This document shows, in pieces, positions 42,009 through 52,422 of a stretch of 64,000 nucleotides of DNA (position 1 is its first letter; every line of letters begins with the position of its first letter). The position numbers were made by a program, and so were the translations under genes. Under the pieces are notes generated by a model. That model was not told the origin of the DNA and ran no database searches. It saw only the letters and a program-made list of their open reading frames with translations. Origin of the DNA: an uncultured Pirellulales bacterium (GTDB lineage: Bacteria > Planctomycetota > Phycisphaerae > Sedimentisphaerales > CAYZTY01); the NCBI GenBank assembly GCA_964444665.1, contig CAYUIE010000003.1, positions 234,990 through 298,989 on the forward strand. Direction: 5' to 3'.

Positions 42009-43382
42009 ATGAAAACCGCGATTCCAATAACGATTTTTATTTTGTTATCCTGTGCGGTCTTTTCTGTACAGGGAGAGGAAACAACAGAAACTGAAATCAG
42101 CAGGCCGGCTGTTACACCTCTGAGGAAATTGCAGCTTCCGGAGCCGAAGCTGACCGGCATTTTAAGTGTTGAAGAAGCACTGGCTGCTCGTCGGAGTATA
42201 CGGCAGTTTACCAAAGAAGAACTGGACTTGGAACAGGTAGCCCAGCTCGCATGGGCGGGACAGGGAATAACACAAAAGGAAACTGGCTATCGGACGGCAC
42301 CCTCCGCCGGCGCGATTTATCCGATAAGGCTTTACTTTATCATTAAGGGCGGGATGTATGTCTACGAGCCAGGCACGCACAGCCTCGAGAAACTAATTAA
42401 CCGGGACCTGCGAAACGCAATCTCACAGGCGGCATTAAGGCAACAGTCTCTTGCGAAAGCGGCCTGTAATATTCTTATCGCCGGCTCGGTGAAAAAAGTC
42501 GCAGCCAAATATGGGCTAAGGGCACGCCAATATATGCTTTTGGAAGCCGGACATATTGCCCAGAATATTCATCTTCAGGCAGTAAGTTTGGGGCTGGGCT
42601 CGGTACCAATTGGCGCTTTTGAGGACCGGAAGGTTGAAAAAATTTGCGGACTGCCCTCTGAAGAGCAGGCAATTTACCTGCTTGCCGTTGGTCATCCTGC
42701 AGGTGTAGTGCCAACACACAGAAAAAAAGTTGACAAGCGACAAATCCCAGCTCAATCAAAAAACCTTGAAGCGAAAAAAACGCTATTGATAATCGCCGAA
42801 GAAGAATTTCAGGACCAAGAGTTTTTCGACATTCAGGATATTCTCGATATAGCAGGAATCCAGACAACAGTAGCAAGCTGGCAATTGGGAATACTGACCG
42901 GTGAAATGGAAGGTAAAATCGAAGCAACGGTTCTTGTAAATGATGTTAATGTTGATGATTACGACGCGATAGTCATTATTGGCAGTTCTGAGTTAAAAAA
43001 ACACTCTGAGGATGAAGCCGTATTAGACATGGTCCGGCAGGTAGTTAAAAAACAGAAAATTCTTGCGGCAATCGATGAAGGACCAAGGATTCTGGCTGAA
43101 GCAGGTGTGCTCCGAGGTGTTATAGCCACATGCGTCAGGAGTCAGCGACGGCAATTACTCAAAGCCCAGGCCAAGTATACAGGCGGCAGTGTAGAGCAAG
43201 ATGGGCTGATAATAACTGCAGACGGGCAAAAGTCTACAAGCCAATTCTCGCGGACGCTCATCGGGGCCATGCTCGGCATAGGACCGAAACCGAGAGATGA
43301 ACAAGATATTGGTCGATACGTACACAGAAAAATTAAGGAACGCCGAGAAAAATACCAGACTCAGACTCCGGAAGAAAAATAA
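42009..43382 (+). CDS. SagB/ThcOx-type nitroreductase fused to a DJ-1/PfpI-like domain, with signal peptide
   Basis: RRSIR, YRTAPSAGAIYP, LEAGHIAQN..L..VSLGLGSVPIGAF; C-terminal DDYDAIVIIG, AAIDEGP, QDGLIITA. Confidence 0.85.
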   Translation: MKTAIPITIFILLSCAVFSVQGEETTETEISRPAVTPLRKLQLPEPKLTGILSVEEALAARRSIRQFTKEELDLEQVAQLAWAGQGITQKETGYRTAPSAGAIYPIRLYFIIKGGMYVYEPGTHSLEKLINRDLRNAISQAALRQQSLAKAACNILIAGSVKKVAAKYGLRARQYMLLEAGHIAQNIHLQAVSLGLGSVPIGAFEDRKVEKICGLPSEEQAIYLLAVGHPAGVVPTHRKKVDKRQIPAQSKNLEAKKTLLIIAEEEFQDQEFFDIQDILDIAGIQTTVASWQLGILTGEMEGKIEATVLVNDVNVDDYDAIVIIGSSELKKHSEDEAVLDMVRQVVKKQKILAAIDEGPRILAEAGVLRGVIATCVRSQRRQLLKAQAKYTGGSVEQDGLIITADGQKSTSQFSRTLIGAMLGIGPKPRDEQDIGRYVHRKIKERREKYQTQTPEEK

Positions 43383-43478
43383 AGGCAAAAATAACAGGAC
43401 CCAGAGGATGATAGCTTGTGGCGGCCTTCGAATTACCGTGGCCGGTTTATTGAAGACATTATTACTGGATTCTGCATA

Positions 43479-44249
43479 CTACCTTCTGACGGGGATTTGG
43501 TTTTCGGCAAGATAATCCTTCACATCTTTTATAGTATATTCACCATAGTGAAAAATGGATGCGGCCAGCACGGCGTCGGCATTTCCTTCCTTGAGGACAT
43601 GGACCATACTGTCCAATGAGCCTGCACCTCCCGAGGCGATAACGGGAATATTAACGGCATCGGCGACCGCGGCGGTTAGCTCGACGTCGTAGCCCGCTTT
43701 TGTTCCATCAGCATCCATACTGGTAAGCAATATCTCGCCGGCACCAAGCTTCTCCGCTTTTGCAGCCCATTCAACGGCATCAAGGTCGGCCGGTTCAGAA
43801 CCCGCCTTTATACATACCTGCCAACGACCTTCATCTTTCTCAGAACGTCTTGCATCGATAGCAAGAACCACACACTGATTGCCGAATCGCTCGGCGGCCT
43901 TTGTAATCATACTCGGATTCTGAACAGCGGCGGTATTAACGGAAACCTTCTCGGCACCGCTTCTTAAAAGCAAGTCGACTTCATCATCTGTCGTTATACC
44001 CCCACCAACTGTAAAGGGGATGAAGACGTTTTCGGCAACTCTCTCGACCAGCTCCACAATCGTTTTACGGGAGCGGATAGTGGCGGTAATATCCAGAAAG
44101 ACCAGTTCATCGGCTCCGGCCTGGCTATACTGCGCACCCAGCTCGACAGGGTCTCCGGCGTCACGAAGATTGAGGAAACTTACGCCCTTTACGACACGGT
44201 TGTCTTTCACATCCAAGCAGGGGATAACTCTTTTAGTCAGCATTTTCAA
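43479..44249 (-). CDS. hisF: Imidazole glycerol phosphate synthase, cyclase subunit
   Basis: [45 protein letters not shown]. Confidence 0.97.
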   Translation of the reverse strand: MKMLTKRVIPCLDVKDNRVVKGVSFLNLRDAGDPVELGAQYSQAGADELVFLDITATIRSRKTIVELVERVAENVFIPFTVGGGITTDDEVDLLLRSGAEKVSVNTAAVQNPSMITKAAERFGNQCVVLAIDARRSEKDEGRWQVCIKAGSEPADLDAVEWAAKAEKLGAGEILLTSMDADGTKAGYDVELTAAVADAVNIPVIASGGAGSLDSMVHVLKEGNADAVLAASIFHYGEYTIKDVKDYLAENQIPVRR

Positions 44250-44866
44250 CCAACCTCACGACAAATCCTTTCGAAATTGCGTAAAACTTTCAATCCGACT
44301 TCACCGCTCTTTTCCGGATGAAACTGTACACCGAAGATGTTTCCCTTCTGCACCGTCGCGGGAAGCTTGAAACCATAATCGGTATACCCAACGTATGTAT
44401 CGATATCGCTCGGTTCGGCATAATAAGAGTGAGCGAAGTAAAAATACTCCTTGTCCCTTAGTCCCTTGAATAATTCCATTTCGGACGGGAATGTAACCAT
44501 GTTCCAGCCCATATGTGGAACAATTTGCTGGGGCGGTAACGGCCGGACATTTCCTCTAATCAGTCCAAGGCCTTTATGCCGGCCGTGCTCAGAGCTTTGT
44601 TCGAAAAGCAACTGATGGCCGACACAGATACCAAGCAGAAACTTGCCGGCAACAACGGCTTCTTTTATCAACTGAGCAGTGAGACCGAGCTGGCTCATTG
44701 CATAGCCGAACGCCGCAACTCCGGGAAGGATAATGCCGTCAGCTTTTTTAATCCTCTCCGGTTTGCTGGACAGTTCCACTTCACAACCGATATGGGAAAG
44801 GGCATTACACACGCTTTTGACATTGCCTACGTTGTAATCGATTACGAGTATCACCAAAATATCCAA
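44246..44866 (-). CDS. hisH: Imidazole glycerol phosphate synthase, glutaminase subunit (start near 44866 TTG or 44854 GTG)
   Basis: [35 protein letters not shown]. Confidence 0.95.
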   Translation of the reverse strand: MDILVILVIDYNVGNVKSVCNALSHIGCEVELSSKPERIKKADGIILPGVAAFGYAMSQLGLTAQLIKEAVVAGKFLLGICVGHQLLFEQSSEHGRHKGLGLIRGNVRPLPPQQIVPHMGWNMVTFPSEMELFKGLRDKEYFYFAHSYYAEPSDIDTYVGYTDYGFKLPATVQKGNIFGVQFHPEKSGEVGLKVLRNFERICREVG

Positions 44867-44873
44867 ATGAAAA

Positions 44874-46520
44874 TCAGGGGCTTGTTTGGTCGGCATAACG
44901 GTTGGTAATAGGAAGTCTGCGGTCCCTTCCAAAAGCCTTGGGTGTGATTTTAACGCCGGGCGGTGACTGCCTGCGTTTATATTCATTGTTGTCAACCATA
45001 CGAACAACGCGATTTACCTCCTCGGCCGGCAGGCCCTGCTCGACGAGCTGCCTGGCGGATTTGTCCTGTTCGACATAGGCCTTCAGGATTTTGTCTAACA
45101 ACTGATAATCGGGCAGCGAGTCGGTATCCTTCTGGTTGGGGCGAAGCTCGGCAGTGGGCGGCCTTTTTATTACGCTGGCAGGTATTACTTCACGGCCGGC
45201 GGTGCGATTTATGTATTCGGCAATCTGGTAAACCATTGTCTTGGGGACGTCCTTTATCACGGCGAAGCCGCCGGCAGTATCACCATATAAGGTCGTATAA
45301 CCTACGGCAATCTCGCTTTTATTGCCGGTGGTCAAGACCATCCAGCCGAATTGATTACTTAGGGCCATCAGGATACAGCCGCGAATCCTGGCCTGCAGGT
45401 TTTCATAAGCAATGCCGTTTCTATCCCAGCCTGTAACGTCACTCAAGGTCCTGTGAAACTCGTCAAGGCAGGGCTCTATCGGAATGGTTAAAAGCCGAAC
45501 ACCAAGGTTCTGGGCCTGTCTGGCGGCATCGGCTATTGTCTCCGGATGGTTAAAATTCGAAGGCATCGTAACGGCAGTTACGTTCTCAGAACCGAGAGCT
45601 GCGACCGCAATCGCAGAGGTTACCGAGGAATCTATACCTCCGCTTAAACCGAGCACAACCTTTTCGAAGCTGTTTTTCCTGATATAATCTCGGGTCCCGA
45701 GTACAAGCGCAAGGTAAACTTCCTGCATAAGCTCCACAGGCTCAAATGCAGGTCTATCGACGGCCTTGAGATTAATGGTGCCAGCCTGGTCAGGGACAAG
45801 CTCGGATATCAGCAAATCCTCTTCAAAGGCCTTCGCACAGGCAAGTACCCCCCCTGCCGAATCGACGAACATACTCTGGCCGTCAAAAACCAGCTCGTCC
45901 TGGCCGCCAATAATATTGCAGTAGCCCACTGGACAGTTAAACATTTTGGCACACCGGCTTAGAATTTCCCGCCTCTGGTCTATCTTACCGATGTGGAAAG
46001 GAGAAGCCGAGATATTCAAGATGCACTTTTTCTTCGGGGAGTCTTCAAAAAACCGCTGAACTTGTTCGCCCTGCCATATATCCTCGCAGATTGTAACAAT
46101 AAAATTGATGCCCTTAATATCTACGTTCACGGTTTCAGTGCCGGGCTGAAAATACCTTTTTTCGTCAAACACACCGTAGTTTGGCAGCACTCTCTTTCGA
46201 TAAACTTTCTCGATTAGGCCACCGGCCAATATAGCGGCGGCATTGTAGCAGACCTCCTTCGAGCGTTCGGCAAAGCCGGCAACGATTGTCATTTCGGGAC
46301 ACTCGGCCGCGAGCTTCTTAACGGCTGAGTAATTATCCTGCAAAAAATGTTCTTTTAGCAGCAAGTCTTCCGGCGGATAGCCGCAAACGGCAAGCTCGCC
46401 AAAGACGAGTAAATCAAGCCGTTGGCGAAGAGCCTTCTCGTAGATTTTGCGCATCGACTCGATGTTGCCGGCAAAATCACCCAAAGCGGGATTAAATTGT
46501 CCCAGTCCTACTCGCAACAA
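44874..46520 (-). CDS. nadE: Glutamine-dependent NAD+ synthetase
   Basis: Nitrilase domain (GELAVCGY, ICEDIW) plus GLSGGIDS, ENLQARIRG, TGNKSE, AELRPNQKD. Confidence 0.96.
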   Translation of the reverse strand: MLRVGLGQFNPALGDFAGNIESMRKIYEKALRQRLDLLVFGELAVCGYPPEDLLLKEHFLQDNYSAVKKLAAECPEMTIVAGFAERSKEVCYNAAAILAGGLIEKVYRKRVLPNYGVFDEKRYFQPGTETVNVDIKGINFIVTICEDIWQGEQVQRFFEDSPKKKCILNISASPFHIGKIDQRREILSRCAKMFNCPVGYCNIIGGQDELVFDGQSMFVDSAGGVLACAKAFEEDLLISELVPDQAGTINLKAVDRPAFEPVELMQEVYLALVLGTRDYIRKNSFEKVVLGLSGGIDSSVTSAIAVAALGSENVTAVTMPSNFNHPETIADAARQAQNLGVRLLTIPIEPCLDEFHRTLSDVTGWDRNGIAYENLQARIRGCILMALSNQFGWMVLTTGNKSEIAVGYTTLYGDTAGGFAVIKDVPKTMVYQIAEYINRTAGREVIPASVIKRPPTAELRPNQKDTDSLPDYQLLDKILKAYVEQDKSARQLVEQGLPAEEVNRVVRMVDNNEYKRRQSPPGVKITPKAFGRDRRLPITNRYADQTSP

Positions 46521-46580
46521 CTTACTAATCCTTGAATCAAATTCGAAATGACAACCCGCAGATTCTATTCCGACGAAACA

Positions 46581-47918
46581 CTACAGAATCGGCAGATATT
46601 TATCTATCTCATACTGGTGGACGTGACTGCGGTATTCAGCCCACTCGATTTTTTTACTGGCGATGAACTTCTCAAAAATATGCTCACCAAGCGCTTCCCG
46701 GACAAGCTGGCTATTTTCGGTGCAGGTGATCGCCTCGCCGAGACTGCCCGGTAACGATTCTATGCCCTTAGCGCTAAGCTCGCTGTCGGTCATACCATAA
46801 ATATCCTGCTCGACAGGCTCGGGCAAAGGATATTTTTCCTCGATTCCCTTCAATCCCGCGGCCAGCATAACCGAAAAGGCCAGGTAAGGATTGCAGGCGG
46901 GGTCCGGACAGCGAAATTCTATCCTCGTAGCCTTTTCCTTTCCGGGTTTGTACATCGGCACACGGACAAGGGCCGAGCGGTTACGCCTGCCCCAGGAAAT
47001 ATAGACCGGCGCCTCATAGCCCGGCACAAGGCGTTTGTAACTGTTGACCCACTGAGCCACGACGGAACTCATCTCCCTCGCATGGGCCAGTATTCCTGCG
47101 ATATAATGCCTGGCCACCTCGCTCAAATGATATTCGTCATTCGCGTCGAAAAAGGCGTTACGCTCATCGCGGAAAAGCGATTGATGCGTGTGCATACCGC
47201 TACCGTTCTGGCCGGCGACGGGTTTCGGCATAAAGGTGGCGTAGATTCCGTGTTTGAGGGCAACCTCTTTAAGAATCAGCCGATAGGCCATAGTGGTGTC
47301 TGCCATTTTCAGCGCCTCGGCATACCGCAGGTCAATTTCATGCTGACTGGGCGCAACCTCGTGGTGGCTGTACTCGACCGGAATATCCATATCATGCAGG
47401 GCCTCGATAGTATCTCTTCGCCAGCGGCTGGCCAAATCAAGTGGCGTCATATCGAAGTACCCGCCGAGGTCAAGGAAATCGGTGCCCGCGGAATTCTTGA
47501 AATAGAAAAACTCCAGCTCAGGGCCGACATAAAATGTGTAACCGAGCTGCTCAGCCTTTTTCAGATTACGTTTGAGCGCTCCTCGCGGGTCGCCGATATA
47601 ATCGGAGCCGTCAGGGTTGAGAATGTCGCAAAACATTCGTGCCGTTTTTCCCCGTCCGCCGTCAGCCCAGGGAAGAATCACAAATGTCGACAGGTCGGGC
47701 TTTGCCACCATATCACTCTCATCGATACGTGCGTAGCCCTGGATACTGGAGCCATCGAAACCCATCCCCTCGTCGATAGCGTTTTCCAGCTCATCCGGTG
47801 TTATCTCAAAGCTTTTAAGGAATCCCAAAACATCGGTGAACCACAATCTAATGCTGTGAATCTCCTGGTCCTTGACTGTCCTGAGAATACCGGCTTTTTC
47901 TTTGGCAAACTGTGACAT
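46581..47918 (-). CDS. glnA: Glutamine synthetase type I
   Basis: FDGSSI, GPELEFF, HHEVA, TFMPKP, NGSGMHTH, RIEFRCPD. Confidence 0.97.
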   Translation of the reverse strand: MSQFAKEKAGILRTVKDQEIHSIRLWFTDVLGFLKSFEITPDELENAIDEGMGFDGSSIQGYARIDESDMVAKPDLSTFVILPWADGGRGKTARMFCDILNPDGSDYIGDPRGALKRNLKKAEQLGYTFYVGPELEFFYFKNSAGTDFLDLGGYFDMTPLDLASRWRRDTIEALHDMDIPVEYSHHEVAPSQHEIDLRYAEALKMADTTMAYRLILKEVALKHGIYATFMPKPVAGQNGSGMHTHQSLFRDERNAFFDANDEYHLSEVARHYIAGILAHAREMSSVVAQWVNSYKRLVPGYEAPVYISWGRRNRSALVRVPMYKPGKEKATRIEFRCPDPACNPYLAFSVMLAAGLKGIEEKYPLPEPVEQDIYGMTDSELSAKGIESLPGSLGEAITCTENSQLVREALGEHIFEKFIASKKIEWAEYRSHVHQYEIDKYLPIL

Positions 47919-47994
47919 AACTTAACCCTTTATTTTACAGTGGCAGATTTAATTTTACGTCCTTCACGTAGAAAAGGCCTTAGACCATTTCCAT

Positions 47995-48083
<89 letters not shown>

Positions 48084-48280
48084 AAAATACTCCGCAAAAA
48101 TGGTTGCGTTGTAAAGGTACACATAGTTAATCGATTTTGCAAGAAGATTGAGCTGTGATTTACTCTTTAAGAACGGTTAAAAGCTGCTTACTTCTTAAAA
48201 ACCGCCCGAATTTAGTTGAAAGCCCAGGGATCAATCTCTAAAATCGCGATGTAAATCGCAGACAACAGGGAGTAGAAAAA

Positions 48281-49003
48281 ATGTACGTTATACCAGCAAT
48301 TGACCTTATATCAGGCAAGTGTGTAAGGCTCATTCAGGGTGAATATGACCGAGAAATCACCTATGAAGAAAACCCGGTCAGGCAGGCCCATCAGTTTATA
48401 TCAGAAGGCGCTGAGTGGCTGCACATAGTGGACCTCGACGGGGCCCGGATGGGAAAGCCGGTCAATATTGAGCCGGTGCGGGCTATAGCAGAGCTTGGGC
48501 AGTTAAAGATTGAACTTGGCGGTGGAATTCGAGATAAAGCCTCTATTGCCCGGATGCTTGATATGGGTCTTGAGCGTTTGATAATCGGGACGAAGGCGGT
48601 TCAAGATTTCGACTGGTTCAGTCAAATGGCAACCGAATTCAGCGGCAGAATCGTCTTAGGGCTGGACGCCCGCGGCGCTAAACTGGCATCCGACGGCTGG
48701 ACAGAAGACACTAAAGGGGAGCTGATTGAATTCGCAAAGCAGGCGATAAAGCTGCCCATTGCCGCTATAATTTATACTGATATCAGCAAAGACGGAATGC
48801 TCGCCGGACCGAACCTTGAGCGAACAAAAGCTGTAGTAAATGCGGTTGATGTGCCGGTAATAGCGGCAGGCGGCGTAAGCAGCACAGAAGACATAAAAGC
48901 TCTGGCGCAAGCAGGCGTTTCGGGCGCGATAATCGGCCGGGCTCTTTATGAAGGCCGGCTGACCCTGACCGAGGCTATCAAGACGGCAAAAGAATGTAAA
49001 TAA
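48281..49003 (+). CDS. hisA: ProFAR isomerase
   Basis: IPAIDL..GKCVRL.QG, LHIVDLDGA, GGGIR, YTDISKDGML.GPN, AAGGVSS. Confidence 0.96.
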   Translation: MYVIPAIDLISGKCVRLIQGEYDREITYEENPVRQAHQFISEGAEWLHIVDLDGARMGKPVNIEPVRAIAELGQLKIELGGGIRDKASIARMLDMGLERLIIGTKAVQDFDWFSQMATEFSGRIVLGLDARGAKLASDGWTEDTKGELIEFAKQAIKLPIAAIIYTDISKDGMLAGPNLERTKAVVNAVDVPVIAAGGVSSTEDIKALAQAGVSGAIIGRALYEGRLTLTEAIKTAKECK

Positions 49004-49063
49004 AACCCTCAAAAGTAACGATATTGTAATAACTCAGGCCGGCATAGTTTTGTAACAGCATAT

Positions 49064-49092
49064 TTGCAATTTGGCTGACGATGCAGTATAAT
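49064..49092 (+). promoter_or_regulatory. Sigma70-type promoter of ssrA
   Basis: TTGCAA-17 nt-TATAAT upstream of the tmRNA 5' end. Confidence 0.65.
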
Positions 49093-49119
49093 ATTGTCGG
49101 CGGGTTGAAAAGTAAATAC

Positions 49120-49472
49120 GGGGGCGAATGGCTTCGACCGGACAGGTTGACGGATAAGTGGCATGTCCAGGACGCCGGTTGGCCTGGCTAATCATCCGGC
49201 ACAAAAATTAATTGGCAACTACCAGTTGCGTATGGCTGCGTAACTAACGCGGCCCGCCCTGTCGAGTCTTTCCTGCGGGCACGGCAAGGGCGCCAAACAG
49301 CAGGATAGCCCAGCCGGTTTTTTCGGGCCGGTGGGGTGAAAATTATCCGAAATAGCCGACTCAGGGGCCTGTCGTTCGGCATCTGATAAGGCGAAACTCA
49401 ATCGACCGACTAAACATGTAGAGGCTTATCCTGAAGTGTCACGGGACGGGGGTTCGAATCCCCCCGCCTCCA
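49120..49472 (+). ncRNA. ssrA: tmRNA; tag (A)GNYQLRMAA*
   Basis: 5' GGGGGCGAATGGCTTCGAC; tag ORF 49214-49243; 3' GGGGGTTCGAATCCCCCCGCCTCCA T-arm/acceptor. Confidence 0.96.
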
Positions 49473-49498
49473 TTCTCTTCGTTTCTCCAATTTTTTAC

Positions 49499-49527
49499 TT
49501 GACAAAGACTTACATCACACCTATTCT
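49499..49527 (+). promoter_or_regulatory. Sigma70-type promoter of the island integrase
   Basis: TTGACA-17 nt-TATTCT immediately after the ssrA 3' end. Confidence 0.65.
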
Positions 49528-49565
49528 GCCATGAAATGCTTATGGGAGCATAAAGGGAGTATTTT

Positions 49566-50657
49566 ATGGCATTTTTATTTGCACGGAAGCATCAGCGTGG
49601 CAAGACGTGGTATGTGGGTTACTACGTTGATGGCAAGCTCGTCCGCAAGAAGATTGGCCGAAGTAAAACACTGGCTGAGAAGGCCCGGGGGGACATTGAA
49701 GCCAGAATCGAGAGAGGTGAAGCAGGTCTTCTAAATAGAGACTACCCTATCCGTAGATTCTTCCAGGAGTATCTTGGACGGACAAAAACCAGGCACTCCG
49801 CATCCTACCACGACAGAAACAGAAGAGTCATAAAACAGTTCGAAAGATTTCTTGATGCCGAAAGACCATATCTGACCAGACTATCTCAACTAAAGCATGC
49901 CGTTATTGAAGCATACCAGCGGTTCAGATTGAATGAGACCGTCCCAAATAGCGGCAAACCCGTCAAAAAGAGAACCGTGAATATCGAGGTCAGCAGTCTT
50001 AAAACTTTCTTGAACAAAGCAGTAAAGTGGGATATGCTCTCCAGTAATCCCCTCGACAACGTGGAATACCTGAAAGAAAACGACAGCAAGAACATTCGAG
50101 CACTGACAGAAGAAGAAGTGCAAAAACTGCTTGAAGAAGCTAACGGCTGGTTCAGACCAGTACTTTTAACGGCACTTTACTCGGGCCTGAGAGAAGGGGA
50201 ATTAATAAATCTGGAGTGGGACGATGTTGACCTCAAACGTGGCGTGATACGAATACGCCGTAAGGTTGGCTGGGTACCCAAATCAAGCGGGAGAAGTATT
50301 CGTGAAAGGGACGTGGCCATCCCGAAGCAACTCGTGGAATTCCTGGAAAAGTACAAGAAACATCCGAGCTATGACGATGGCAAAGTGTTTCATAACAAGT
50401 TCGGTGATGAACTGAAGCCCGGGTTACGGAAGATCCTAATGAGGCTCACAAGAAGATGCGGCTTCCCCGAGGTTACGCAGTTCCATGCTCTAAGGCATAC
50501 ATACGCGACGCATCTGATTAAAGCGAGCAAGGATTTGCAGGTTGCAATGGACCAGTTAGGGCATGCTGATATTCGCACGACAATGCGGTACTCTGACATG
50601 ACCCTGGAGAGAAAGCGTAAAGCTGCAGAGAGGCTAAAATATGAAACAAGCAAGTGA
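49566..50657 (+). CDS. Tyrosine integrase (bacterial, arm-binding N-terminus)
   Basis: WYVGYYVDGKLVRK N-terminus; catalytic SGLREGE (R), FHALRHTYA (HxxR), LGHAD (H), TMRY (Y). Confidence 0.95.
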   Translation: MAFLFARKHQRGKTWYVGYYVDGKLVRKKIGRSKTLAEKARGDIEARIERGEAGLLNRDYPIRRFFQEYLGRTKTRHSASYHDRNRRVIKQFERFLDAERPYLTRLSQLKHAVIEAYQRFRLNETVPNSGKPVKKRTVNIEVSSLKTFLNKAVKWDMLSSNPLDNVEYLKENDSKNIRALTEEEVQKLLEEANGWFRPVLLTALYSGLREGELINLEWDDVDLKRGVIRIRRKVGWVPKSSGRSIRERDVAIPKQLVEFLEKYKKHPSYDDGKVFHNKFGDELKPGLRKILMRLTRRCGFPEVTQFHALRHTYATHLIKASKDLQVAMDQLGHADIRTTMRYSDMTLERKRKAAERLKYETSK

Positions 50658-50739
50658 CAACTGTAAAAAGATATTAATACTGTGGCCATATATCAAAATA
50701 GATTTGGTGGGCTCTTAGCGAGTATTCGGAGATGATTAC

Positions 50740-52416
50740 ATGGCTAAAAACAAGTTAAACGATATTCCAAAAAAAGGTACACTTGAAATCAAAGTTGACA
50801 AGGCGGTGGTTAAGCACCTGAGCATCGGCCTATACCGCAACTATGCACTCGCCATAAAAGAATTGGTCTCTAACGCGTACGATGCAGGAGCAACAGAGGT
50901 GAAGATAAAACTGGATTTGAAGAGGAAGAGAATCGTAATTCGAGACAATGGGCGAGGCATGGACTACGATGACTTAGATAACGAATATCTCTGCATCGGC
51001 CTGCATAAAGCACCCTCCAGAAAGCCGGACGAATTGGGTCGAATGCGGATTGGCACTTTTGGGATTGGCTTTCTTGCACCTCTTCCATATTGCAAGCGAA
51101 TGACCGTAATTACTAAGAAACGGGGAAGCGACAGTGTCTTTCAGGCAACAATTAAGGCTACGAACTTCTTTAGCAAGGGCAATTGGGACATCAAAGACGA
51201 GAAAGTAGAATACGAAATCACAGACAGTGACCTTCCCCGAAAATCTGGTGAGACAATCGTGATTTTGGAGGAGATAGAGCCACAAATAGCGGAGGATTTA
51301 AATAGAAGCCGGAAGAAGGCAAAGGCCAAGATCGATCAGCTTGGTGGGTTCGATAAATTCAAATGGACTCTGTCTCAATACTGCCCGATCGAGTTTCCCC
51401 CTGAATGGAAGGAGTTGAGGAAATTCTTTGCTTATCCCGAAAGGATTCCGATGCGGCTGTGGCTTGATGGAAAAGAGCTTTTTAGAAATGTGCCTGAGGC
51501 GTGTGAGATTCTCGAAAAAGACGAGAAGGTCTTTGGGAATATTCACGTCAAATATGTGATATTGACACCTTACCACACTGTCAAGCCTGAGGAAGCAAGG
51601 GGTCTCCAGCTACGTCTCAGAGATGTGGCAATTGGATTCCCTCAGGATTTTGACGTCACAAAACTGGGAAGAGTCTTGGGAAAATTGAATCAGTTATGCG
51701 GAGAAGTCCACATTCTCAAAGGCCTAGACAATGCTCTAATGATTACAAGGGATACTTTTAACTATACCGAGGAAGTTTCCGAGCTGTACAAGTTCTTTAG
51801 AGAGAAGCTTACGAAGTGGAACAACTGGCTTGCAGACGAGGCAGATGCGACAAAGAAAGTGTATGAAGCCCTGCCCCCAGACAAAGCAGATGCAATAGCG
51901 GAGACTCTAAGGGAGGCAGATGTTGTTAAATTTCCAAAGGAGAGATTCCGCCTGCCTAAGTTTCCTATATCGAGCAGGCGCAAAGGTGAAATCTCCGCAC
52001 CTTCACAGCAACTAAAGGAGGCGCTCAAATCAAGACGAGGATTTTCTGTAGTATCTAGTAAGGCCAAGAGGACTAAAGACCAGCCTGCCATTGAGGTTGA
52101 TAAGAAGCGGAAATCCGTAACCGTTTACGACGAGCACCCTTCTTTTCTTGATTCTATTGAGGTAGAAAATAAGAAAATACTTGTGAGTTACGACAAATGG
52201 GAGGTCACTGGAACGCCCTATTCGATCTGCAAATACGACCGGAGACATAACAAGGCGGTGTTCAATACGGACCATCCACTCTTTAAAGCAAAAGTCAGTG
52301 ACAAAGTAGTGAAGCAGCTATCCTTGGGTATCTTGATATTGTTGGAAGGAACCAAGGAAAAAGAGCGAATTGTATCCAGATTCAATCGCATGCTTGAGGA
52401 TGTGTTCCAGGGGTAG
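50740..52416 (+). CDS. GHKL (Hsp90/MutL/MORC-like) ATPase
   Basis: KELVSNAYDA (N box), RDNGRGM (G1), RIGTFGIG (G2), followed by S5-like region. Confidence 0.88.
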   Translation: MAKNKLNDIPKKGTLEIKVDKAVVKHLSIGLYRNYALAIKELVSNAYDAGATEVKIKLDLKRKRIVIRDNGRGMDYDDLDNEYLCIGLHKAPSRKPDELGRMRIGTFGIGFLAPLPYCKRMTVITKKRGSDSVFQATIKATNFFSKGNWDIKDEKVEYEITDSDLPRKSGETIVILEEIEPQIAEDLNRSRKKAKAKIDQLGGFDKFKWTLSQYCPIEFPPEWKELRKFFAYPERIPMRLWLDGKELFRNVPEACEILEKDEKVFGNIHVKYVILTPYHTVKPEEARGLQLRLRDVAIGFPQDFDVTKLGRVLGKLNQLCGEVHILKGLDNALMITRDTFNYTEEVSELYKFFREKLTKWNNWLADEADATKKVYEALPPDKADAIAETLREADVVKFPKERFRLPKFPISSRRKGEISAPSQQLKEALKSRRGFSVVSSKAKRTKDQPAIEVDKKRKSVTVYDEHPSFLDSIEVENKKILVSYDKWEVTGTPYSICKYDRRHNKAVFNTDHPLFKAKVSDKVVKQLSLGILILLEGTKEKERIVSRFNRMLEDVFQG

Positions 52417-52422
52417 GGCTGA

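Noticed and set aside
47082-47915. 277-aa plus-strand ORF
   Set aside because: Antisense shadow of glnA; no recognisable motifs.
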